From: Planctomycetota bacterium | GTDB taxonomy: Bacteria; Planctomycetota; UBA8108; UBA1146 | DNA length: 18,464 nucleotides | Assembly: GCA_036338595.1 (NCBI GenBank) | Contig: JAYZBV010000007.1 | Span: 1 to 18,464, forward strand | Direction: 5' to 3' | Shown: positions 7,112 to 14,444 of the stretch, in pieces | Layout of the letters: each line of letters begins with the position of its first letter | Position numbering within the stretch: position 1 is the first letter of the stretch | Made by a program: the position numbers and the translations under genes | The notes under the pieces: generated by a model | The model's database searches: none | The model's input: the letters and a program-made list of their open reading frames with translations, nothing else | What the model was told of the DNA's origin: nothing

Positions 7112-7921
7112 TTGGAGCGCTTTCATCACATCCTGATCTCGCCTGGATCTGAGTTCCAGCCCGCCACCATCTCGCGCCAGACGGCACCGATCCTCGGAAG
7201 TGTGCTGTTCGACGAAACTCGTCGCCTGAAAATCTGTGGTGGCTGGTGGCTCAGAGATGGAACCGAACAGCAAGCTCGCTCCATCTCGCAGGTCGCCGCA
7301 GAACACGGTGTCCCCTACCGACATGTCGAGTCAGCCACCAGGTCCTCCAGGGTCGAGACGATTCGCACGATCCGGGTCTGCTTGCAGGACGATCGCCTGG
7401 ATCTGGTGACTCCGAAACAATCGCGAGAACTCCCTGTCACTGCCATTCGCACTCTCGACCTGTCGCTCACCGCCACTGAAATCGACGAGGAAAAACCGCT
7501 CGACCATGCACAGCGCAAGGAGCAGGTGCTGCGTGGCATCGCCGAGGCGATGCTGATGGGCACGCCGGCGGGCGACTTGCTCGAGAAGATCTCGGAAAGT
7601 CGATTGATCCACCCTCAGCCGCGCCTGTTGCTGCTGGGCCCCGATTCGCAGGCGTGGTCGATCGATCGCACGACGGTATTCCCCGATCTTGCCGCCCAGG
7701 GAGCAGCGCAGTCGCTCGCCAACCTGCTGAGGTTCAGCGGGATCCTCATCGGATCCCTCGCTGCACACAAGACCACGCCGGAGACGAGAGCACTGTGGCA
7801 GGAAGGAGACCTGTCGGGAATCCGCAGGGATTCACTGGAGGAACAACAGGCGCGTATCGAGGCGCTCCACGCGTGGATCCAGGACGGGGGATCTCTGGGA
7901 CCGGTCACGGATAGCCAGTAG
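7112..7921 (+). CDS. Hypothetical protein (269 aa) inside the menaquinone operon
   Basis: TTG start 10 nt after the menG stop with a GGGGTG SD-like sequence. Fills the menG-ubiX gap. No recognisable motif. Confidence 0.7.
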   Translation: MERFHHILISPGSEFQPATISRQTAPILGSVLFDETRRLKICGGWWLRDGTEQQARSISQVAAEHGVPYRHVESATRSSRVETIRTIRVCLQDDRLDLVTPKQSRELPVTAIRTLDLSLTATEIDEEKPLDHAQRKEQVLRGIAEAMLMGTPAGDLLEKISESRLIHPQPRLLLLGPDSQAWSIDRTTVFPDLAAQGAAQSLANLLRFSGILIGSLAAHKTTPETRALWQEGDLSGIRRDSLEEQQARIEALHAWIQDGGSLGPVTDSQ

Positions 7922-7953
7922 GATCCAGGGCCAGGAAAGTCGCAGAGGTGATC

Positions 7954-8586
7954 ATGTCAGAATCGAAACCAGGTGAACTGAGCGCAGGGCCGACAGACAG
8001 TTCGAAGGAACTCGTGGTCGGTGTCAGCGGTGCCAGCGGCTCCATCATCGCAGCACGCCTCGTCAGCCATCTGCTGGAGGCGGGACATCGAGTACACCTG
8101 ATCGCCTCGAAGACGGGGAAACTGGTCGCCCATGATGAAATGGAGGTCCCGGAAGGGACCCGGGGCGTATTTGCCGATATGGAGCATGAGAATCTGAAGG
8201 AGTGGGGCGAAAAGAACTTCTTCGCCCCCTTCGCCAGCGGCACGGCTCCCATCGATGGCATGGTCATCGTGCCTTGCTCGATGTCCACCCTCGCATCGCT
8301 GGCGCACGGCATCTCCGACAATCTTCTCAAGAGAGCCGGAGAGGTGATGTTGAAGGAGCGAAGGCCTCTGATCATCGTGCCCAGGGAATCTCCTCTCGAC
8401 CGAATTCACCTCAAGAACATGCTGACGCTATCCGAGTCGGGAGCCGTGATCATTCCCCCCGTGCTGACCTTCTATCAGCACCCAGGAGACTCGGTGCGTG
8501 AACAGGTCGACTTCGTGGTGAGCCGAATTCTCGATCATCTCGGAATCTCCAATGAGTTGTTTCAGCGCTGGGGTAGCGAAACTTGA
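7954..8586 (+). CDS. ubiX: Flavin prenyltransferase UbiX/Pad1
   Basis: VVGVSGASG, APFASG, MVIVPCSMSTLASLAHGISDNLL.RA..V.LKERRPLIIVPRESPL..IHL.NML.L, PP..TFY..P. Start GTG 7948 or ATG 7954. Confidence 0.95.
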   Translation: MSESKPGELSAGPTDSSKELVVGVSGASGSIIAARLVSHLLEAGHRVHLIASKTGKLVAHDEMEVPEGTRGVFADMEHENLKEWGEKNFFAPFASGTAPIDGMVIVPCSMSTLASLAHGISDNLLKRAGEVMLKERRPLIIVPRESPLDRIHLKNMLTLSESGAVIIPPVLTFYQHPGDSVREQVDFVVSRILDHLGISNELFQRWGSET

Positions 8587-9503
8587 GCAGCTCCGTCTCC
8601 ACAACTCGCGGAGTGTTCGCTTCTTGCCGTGAATTCATGGAGATGATCAAGGTCGCTCACACTCTGTTTGCGATGCCGTTCGCCATCGGAGCCGTGTTCC
8701 TGGCAAATCGGGATGACCCTGCTGGCTCCATCGAACTCGCCGTGTTGCTCGCCAAGGTAACTGTGGCTGTCGCTCTGGCGCGAACCGCTGCGATGGCCTT
8801 CAATCGCTGGGCCGATCGATCGATCGATGCGCTCAATCCCAGAACCAGCGATCGCTCGATTCCGGCAGGTCGCATCGGCTCGAGGGCGGTGCTGCTCTCC
8901 AGCATCATCAGTTCCACTGGATTCATCGCCGTGACCGCTTCCATCAACACGCTGGCGTGGCAACTGTCGCCGGTGGTTCTGCTGGTGATTCTCGGCTACT
9001 CCTGGACGAAGCGATTCACGAGCCTGTGCCACCTGGTTCTGGGGATCGGACTCGGATTGGCTCCGGTGGGAGCCTGGATCGCAGTACGCGGATCACTGTT
9101 CGACGGCAACGGCAACGCCGATCCGGTGCCGTGGATCCTCGGCGGTGCAGTGATGCTGTGGAGTGCCGGTTTTGACATCCTGTATGGATGCCAGGACGCC
9201 GAGTTTGACCGCCAGCAGGGTCTTCACAGCATCCCGGCTCGAATCGGTGTCGAGAGAGCATTGCGACTCTCCAGCGTCCTTCACATCTCGATGGCCGCTC
9301 TTCTCTGCTGGCTCTGGGTCGAGGCGAAGCTGGGCCTCCCCTTCGCCCTTGCGACGATGGTCGTCACTGTTCTGTTGATCGTGCAGCACCGTCTGGTGAA
9401 ACCGGATGATCTGGGAAAGGTGCAACGCGCCTTCTTCACCCTGAACGCCATCATCAGCGTGCTGCTGATGTCTGCCCTGATTCTCGAAGGCATCTCGAAA
9501 TGA
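8583..9503 (+). CDS. mqnP: UbiA-family prenyltransferase, MqnP-type (futalosine menaquinone pathway)
   Basis: MIK.AHTLFAMPFA, ARTAAMAFNR.ADR.IDA.NPRT..R.IPAG, YS.TKRFT.LCH..LG, GFDILY..QD.EFD...GLHSIPA..G, AFFTLN. Multiple TM helices. TTGA overlap with ubiX. Confidence 0.88.
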   Translation: MSSSVSTTRGVFASCREFMEMIKVAHTLFAMPFAIGAVFLANRDDPAGSIELAVLLAKVTVAVALARTAAMAFNRWADRSIDALNPRTSDRSIPAGRIGSRAVLLSSIISSTGFIAVTASINTLAWQLSPVVLLVILGYSWTKRFTSLCHLVLGIGLGLAPVGAWIAVRGSLFDGNGNADPVPWILGGAVMLWSAGFDILYGCQDAEFDRQQGLHSIPARIGVERALRLSSVLHISMAALLCWLWVEAKLGLPFALATMVVTVLLIVQHRLVKPDDLGKVQRAFFTLNAIISVLLMSALILEGISK

Positions 9504-11362
9504 TCCTGGAAGACAGAGAACGCGAACTGCTGATCACCCGCACATCCAGGCGGCAACCCGCGCTGCCCGCCCGGCGCGGTGCATGGATGCGTGGCCTCGT
9601 GGTCGCCGTGGCGATCTGGATGCTGCTCTTCCCGCTGGTCCCGCACGGTCCAGAGATGGTGGGCAGCTGTGAAGTACTGGTCGAAGCCAGCCCCTTCGAT
9701 ATGCGGATCCCGCCTGCACTCTCGGTGTGCAGGACCCTCACCGCGACCGCTTTTGGCCTCTACTCCCCGATGATGGCTGCTCCATTGCTGTCGATCCTGT
9801 TCACAGGGCTCGCCTGTGCGGTCTGCTTGATCTGGTCACGCCAGCAAGATGCTGCCCGCCCCGTCGTGATCCCGGCGATCTTGATGCTGGGATTGAGTCA
9901 GGGCATCACTGACATCGCCAGGACCGGTGGATCTGCGCCACTGTCGATGCTGCTCGGAATCTCGCTGATCGCAGCGACCGAGCAGATGCGAGCCGAGGCG
10001 GGTCGAGGCATCCTGTGGTGGGGCATGGTGCTGGGAATGACGGTCGCGTGCGGGCCAGTGGCGATCCCGGCATTGATCTACTCGCTGCTGAGTCTGCTCT
10101 GTGATCGAGGGCTTCGAGGCGTCCACCTTCGAGTCTTGCCTGCGGCGTTTGCAGGGGTGCTGCTGGGGATGTCGCTGATCATGCTGCTGGCTCTGCCCGC
10201 TGACATCCATGGCTTCCGGGGCGTCATCGATGGATTCCTGGCCAGCTGGACCCCTGTCGATGATCCCGATTTTTCTCGGCTGGGATGGCATCTCGCAGGA
10301 ACCATCGAGGGCAGCGGGATCTTGCTCGCGGCACTCGCCATTCCTGGAATCATCATCGCCTCGATGCGCCGACCCGGGGACCTTGCGCTGATCCTGACAC
10401 TCGCCAGTTCGGGGCCACTGCTTCGCCCCCTCTATCACGATTCGGTTGGCCTCGGCGATCCAACCATCTCCGAGGCCGATGCCGGGATGGCTTTCACACT
10501 GATGGCCTTGACGCTGCTATCGGCGTGGAGTTTGACGGTGATACAACGGAGGCTGGGCAAGCACAGCCAGCGAAATCGCCATTTCCTGACGGCGGCACTG
10601 ATCCTTCTTGTCGTCACCTCGATGGGGCTCCGAACTCCAGATCCCTTGACTCCCGAAACACGGGTGGTCTCTCAGTGGGCTCGATCGATCCTCAACGGCG
10701 CTCCCGAGGATTCGCTGCTGCTTTGCGGCGGGTCTCATCTTGGATCCGCACTCATCGTGATCCAGCATCATGAGGGGGTTCGCCCCGACATCACGGTGCT
10801 CGACCGGACGGGGGCCATCGATCCTACGGTGCTGGGGCTGGGCGTAGATACGAAGGCGACGAAGGTACTTCAAACGGCACAATCCCTCGTCGAGGCGGGC
10901 CGTCCTCTGGTGGCACTGCCACTCGCACTCGACCATCCACTTCTGAGAGGAAGAAGCCTGTCCCCCTGGGGACTGATGCTGAGGGCCAACGCTGTCGGCG
11001 TTGCGCCTCCCGATGATTCCGGGGCGTGGAATCAGGTCGACATCGCCGACCTTCCTCTCGACCCGCTCGGTGCGTGGCAGTGGATCCGGGGTGAGGGAGA
11101 GATCCGTTACGCCAGCGGACAGATGTCAGCAGAAGTGGCTGCAGCAACATGGTTTGCCGTCGCGCGAAGAAATGGCCACCTGCGCGGAGATGGTCCCTGG
11201 TCAGGAGTTCTCGCGCTGCTGGGAGATCTGCTCCTCGATCCTGCGGGGACTCGTCGCTGGGCTCGTCATCAACCTGCCGATCTCATCGGACAGGGTGCTC
11301 CCGTCAGCGATCCTCGAAACGCTGGCTCGCCCGATCCAGGAAGCGACGCTCCTCGCGACTGA
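9500..11362 (+). CDS. Polytopic membrane protein, degenerate DUF2723/TMEM260-like (GT-C-type) homolog
   Basis: ATGA overlap with mqnP. About 10 hydrophobic segments. WARSILNGAPEDSLLL.GG...IQHHEGVRPDITVLDR resembles the post-membrane motif of DUF2723 proteins. The family call is tentative. Confidence 0.65.
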   Translation: MILEDRERELLITRTSRRQPALPARRGAWMRGLVVAVAIWMLLFPLVPHGPEMVGSCEVLVEASPFDMRIPPALSVCRTLTATAFGLYSPMMAAPLLSILFTGLACAVCLIWSRQQDAARPVVIPAILMLGLSQGITDIARTGGSAPLSMLLGISLIAATEQMRAEAGRGILWWGMVLGMTVACGPVAIPALIYSLLSLLCDRGLRGVHLRVLPAAFAGVLLGMSLIMLLALPADIHGFRGVIDGFLASWTPVDDPDFSRLGWHLAGTIEGSGILLAALAIPGIIIASMRRPGDLALILTLASSGPLLRPLYHDSVGLGDPTISEADAGMAFTLMALTLLSAWSLTVIQRRLGKHSQRNRHFLTAALILLVVTSMGLRTPDPLTPETRVVSQWARSILNGAPEDSLLLCGGSHLGSALIVIQHHEGVRPDITVLDRTGAIDPTVLGLGVDTKATKVLQTAQSLVEAGRPLVALPLALDHPLLRGRSLSPWGLMLRANAVGVAPPDDSGAWNQVDIADLPLDPLGAWQWIRGEGEIRYASGQMSAEVAAATWFAVARRNGHLRGDGPWSGVLALLGDLLLDPAGTRRWARHQPADLIGQGAPVSDPRNAGSPDPGSDAPRD

Positions 11363-12263
11363 GCGAATCAATGCCATCTCTGGATACTTTTTCGAGCAAC
11401 GCATCGACCCTGGATCTCAGCTGTTGCTCCCGACGAAACTTCTTCTGCTGGCGCTTGCTCTGGAAGTGATCGCGTTGACGTTGCCACCAACCAGGTCCCG
11501 AACTGGTGCCCCCTCGCCACGATTCGGACGAGGTGGATTCCGCGGCCATTTGCTGCATCTGATGACTCTGGATCCAGATCAAGACCGCGATCGCCAGCAC
11601 CAGACCACCCAGGTCGCTCGAAAGGAACCAGATCACCGCCAGTGCCACGCCGACGAGTTTACCGCTGCGGGCCGCAACACGTGTCGCTGCCCCCTCACCG
11701 CTTCGCTGCCATAGAATCGCATGGAGAATGCGTCCGCCATCGAGTGGAAACGCCGGCAGCAGGTTGAAGAGGAGTAGATCGAGGTTGACCGCTGCAGCCA
11801 CCGCTACCGGCTCGGTGATGGGTTCCGCTGACGGCCACAAGAGAAATGAGCCGACACTCGCATCCATCGAGATGACAAAGGGTAGCAGTGCCAACCACAG
11901 CACCAGATTCACGACCGGCCCACCGGCAGCCACCGCCAGATGCGCAAGTGGGCGCCCGGGAACATCGACGGAGGCGAGCCCTCCCAGTGGCCAGAGGATC
12001 ACCTCGCGTGCGGCACCACCGACCTGCCGAGCGGATCGACAGTGGCCCATTTCATGGAGAAAAACCGATCCGAAAAGCAATCCGAGGTAGATGGAGACCT
12101 CTTGCAAGCCACCAAACCGATTTGCCTGGAAGAACTCGAATGCAGCCCAGATCAGGAAGATCCAGTGCAATCGCACCGTCACCCCCGCCACCTGGCCTAC
12201 GCGTATCCCTCCCCTTTCGAACAATGTTTCACCCTGTTTTCTAGCCGCTGCTCGCCGCTTCAA
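11304..12263 (-). CDS. Site-2 protease (peptidase M50) with C-terminal DUF6576-like helical tail
   Basis: HEMGH zinc motif, LWPLGG, AAGGP.VN, FNLLPAFPLDGG. Tail RVDALLEKVSRDGIDSLSREERRFL. Start TTG 12263 (TTGA overlap) or TTG 12224. Confidence 0.92.
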   Translation of the reverse strand: MKRRAAARKQGETLFERGGIRVGQVAGVTVRLHWIFLIWAAFEFFQANRFGGLQEVSIYLGLLFGSVFLHEMGHCRSARQVGGAAREVILWPLGGLASVDVPGRPLAHLAVAAGGPVVNLVLWLALLPFVISMDASVGSFLLWPSAEPITEPVAVAAAVNLDLLLFNLLPAFPLDGGRILHAILWQRSGEGAATRVAARSGKLVGVALAVIWFLSSDLGGLVLAIAVLIWIQSHQMQQMAAESTSSESWRGGTSSGPGWWQRQRDHFQSKRQQKKFRREQQLRSRVDALLEKVSRDGIDSLSREERRFLDRASQRFEDR

Positions 12264-13786
12264 TCACCAAACTGGATCCCCTGTGCCAGCGGCAACTCCT
12301 TGGAGTAATTGATGGTGCAAGTTTGACGGCGCATGTAGGTCTTCCAGGCATCCGATCCCGACTCGCGGCCACCACCGGTGTCCTTCTCGCCTCCGAAGGC
12401 ACCACCGATCTCGGCGCCACTGGTCCCGATGTTGACATTTGCGATGCCACAATCGGATCCGGAGGCGGCCAGGAACTTCTCCGATTCCTGGATATCTCTG
12501 GTAAAGATGGCACTCGACAGTCCCTGTGGAACATCATTGTGCCAACCGATGACTTCATCGAGATCACGATACCGCATCAGGTAAAGGATCGGCGCAAAGG
12601 TCTCTTCATGAACGATTTCCATGTCATGGCGAGCTCGCACCAGCGTTGGTTGAACATAGTAGCCACCCTCGGGAACACCATCTGTCAAAGATTTTCCACC
12701 GTAGACAACTTCACCCCCCTGTTCCTGAACCACTACCAGAGCCGCCATCATGTCATCCACGGCACCCTGCTGAACCAGAGGCCCCATCAGCGTTCCCTCC
12801 TCGAGGGGGTCGCCGATCTTGACCTGCTGGTAGGCGGCGATCAGTCGTGATTCCATCTCATCGGCGATGTCCTCGTGGAGGAACAGCCTGCGAGTGGATG
12901 TGCAGCGCTGACCGGCGGTACCGCAGGCCCCGAACACAACGGCACGCATCGCAAGGTCGAGGTCCGCCTGATCTGAAACGACGATGGCGTTATTGCCACC
13001 GAGTTCCAGCAGCGTTCTTCCCAGACGAGTTCCTACCACCTCGGCCACTCGCCGCCCCATGCGACACGATCCGGTGGCACTCACCAGTGGCAAGTTGCGA
13101 TCGGCCAGCATCGCCTCCCCGACAGGATTTCGATCGGCGACCACCAGCCCGAAGATGGGAGGTGCATCCATATCATCCAGAACTTCCTGCGCGATGTTCT
13201 GGACCGCGATGGCGCACAGCGGTGTCGAGGAAGATGGTTTCCATATCACAGCATCTCCGCACACAGCAGCGACCAGTGCATTCCAGGACCAGACCGCCAC
13301 CGGAAAATTGAATGCAGTGATGCATCCGACAATCCCGAGCGGATGCCACTGTTCGTACATCCGGTGTCCGGGGCGCTCTGAATGCATCGTCAGTCCATAG
13401 AGTTGTCTCGAGAGGCCGACAGAGAAGTCGGCGATGTCAATCATCTCTTGCACCTCTCCGATTCCCTCGGGGAGGATCTTTCCCATCTCTGCGGCAACTA
13501 ATCTGCCGAGTGGATCCCGTCGCTCGCGCAGTGCCTCGCCAATTCTTCTCACCACCTCGCCTCGTCGGGGAGCGGGCCATGTGCGCCAATCGAGGAATGC
13601 TTCTCGCGTGGTCTTCACCGTCTGGTGATAGTCATCCATCGTCGCGAGCGAGACCTTTCCCAGCGATGATCCATCGACGGGTGAGCGGCTATCGATCCAC
13701 TGATCAGAAGCCGGCAGCCAGCCGCCTGCGAAGACACCTGGGTTCTCGGATCGAATACCGAGTGAATCAAGAAATGACAGTTCCAT
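12260..13786 (-). CDS. amaB: Aldehyde dehydrogenase family 7 (alpha-aminoadipate semialdehyde / piperideine-6-carboxylate dehydrogenase)
   Basis: GEVQEMIDIADFSVGLSRQLYGLTMHSERPGHRMYEQWHPLG, AFNFPVAVW, LELGGNNA, GTAGQRCT (catalytic Cys), GAEIGGAFGGEKDTGGGRESGSDAWK.YMRRQT.TINYS..LPLAQGI. Confidence 0.95.
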   Translation of the reverse strand: MELSFLDSLGIRSENPGVFAGGWLPASDQWIDSRSPVDGSSLGKVSLATMDDYHQTVKTTREAFLDWRTWPAPRRGEVVRRIGEALRERRDPLGRLVAAEMGKILPEGIGEVQEMIDIADFSVGLSRQLYGLTMHSERPGHRMYEQWHPLGIVGCITAFNFPVAVWSWNALVAAVCGDAVIWKPSSSTPLCAIAVQNIAQEVLDDMDAPPIFGLVVADRNPVGEAMLADRNLPLVSATGSCRMGRRVAEVVGTRLGRTLLELGGNNAIVVSDQADLDLAMRAVVFGACGTAGQRCTSTRRLFLHEDIADEMESRLIAAYQQVKIGDPLEEGTLMGPLVQQGAVDDMMAALVVVQEQGGEVVYGGKSLTDGVPEGGYYVQPTLVRARHDMEIVHEETFAPILYLMRYRDLDEVIGWHNDVPQGLSSAIFTRDIQESEKFLAASGSDCGIANVNIGTSGAEIGGAFGGEKDTGGGRESGSDAWKTYMRRQTCTINYSKELPLAQGIQFGD

Positions 13787-14232
13787 CCCTGGGCCCCTTT
13801 CTGGGGGGGGGTGATGTTGCTAGAGCTCAGGAGATCGCACCTCTGAGATACGATTGGCCAGTACGGTAGCCGTGCCAGGAGATTCCGTCGAGGATTCCCG
13901 TGATGCTCGCCGTTATTTCTGCTGCCCTTTAACGACTCTACAATCAGCGGGCCCGCTCCTGCGGAGAGGACGATTTCATTTCCCTAAATCTAAACCAGTA
14001 GTGGAATTACTATTTTCTCCCGGAGGTGTCATTGGTGCCTCACCGAACCCGCTGAGAAGAATCTGAAGTTCACCCGGTAAAAAACGGCGCAATTCTGGAT
14101 CAAGTCCCTCGCCTGAGGGATGACAGCCGTTACTATCGATAGAGACTCCATCTGACCACACAGGCCCCGAAAAGGTGTCTGGTTTTGTCGGATAGACACG
14201 ATCTTCCCGCCGAGGAGGGAATGCTATTTCGC

Positions 14233-14251
14233 CCTGGAAGAGTCTTCCAGG
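14233..14251. promoter_or_regulatory. Perfect 9-1-9 palindrome, candidate operator in the divergent intergenic region
   Basis: CCTGGAAGA-G-TCTTCCAGG. Confidence 0.45.
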
Positions 14252-14331
14252 TCCAGATGTATCAACTGTGCTGAGCGGGTGTACTAGGGTTCTTGCAGTC
14301 AGGAAAATTAGATAATCAATCTCCAGCGAGT

Positions 14332-14350
14332 GAAACTCGTCATGAGTTTC
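14332..14350. promoter_or_regulatory. 7-5-7 inverted repeat about 90 nt upstream of the surface-protein gene
   Basis: GAAACTC-GTCAT-GAGTTTC. Confidence 0.35.
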
Positions 14351-14420
14351 CAGTTTGTTTCAGGTACTAAGCGTGCCAGGTGGTGCTCTCCTGTGGTGTG
14401 CCCACCGGCAACTCAAAATA

Positions 14421-14444
14421 AGGAAGTCGAGGGAACGAATGCGT
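14421..14444 (+). repeat. 24-nt leader/RBS/start sequence duplicated at 18204-18227
   Basis: AGGAAGTCGAGGGAACGAATGCGT is identical in front of both paralogs. This supports ATG 14439 rather than 14355 as the start. Confidence 0.9.

Noticed and set aside
13787..13844. AGAGGTGC on the - strand upstream of a lysine-catabolic ALDH (lysine riboswitch 5' motif)
   Set aside because: Only about 55 nt from the start codon, too short for the roughly 170-nt aptamer. No other conserved elements are visible.
14034..14120. GGTGC...GCTGAGA...ACCC...CTGGAT...AGGGA resembling a TPP riboswitch
   Set aside because: The core ACCTGAT and GCGNAGG elements are missing and no thiamine gene lies downstream. An Rfam scan would settle it.
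14355..14438. TTG start for the surface protein
   Set aside because: The signal peptide and the duplicated RBS/leader both point to ATG 14439.
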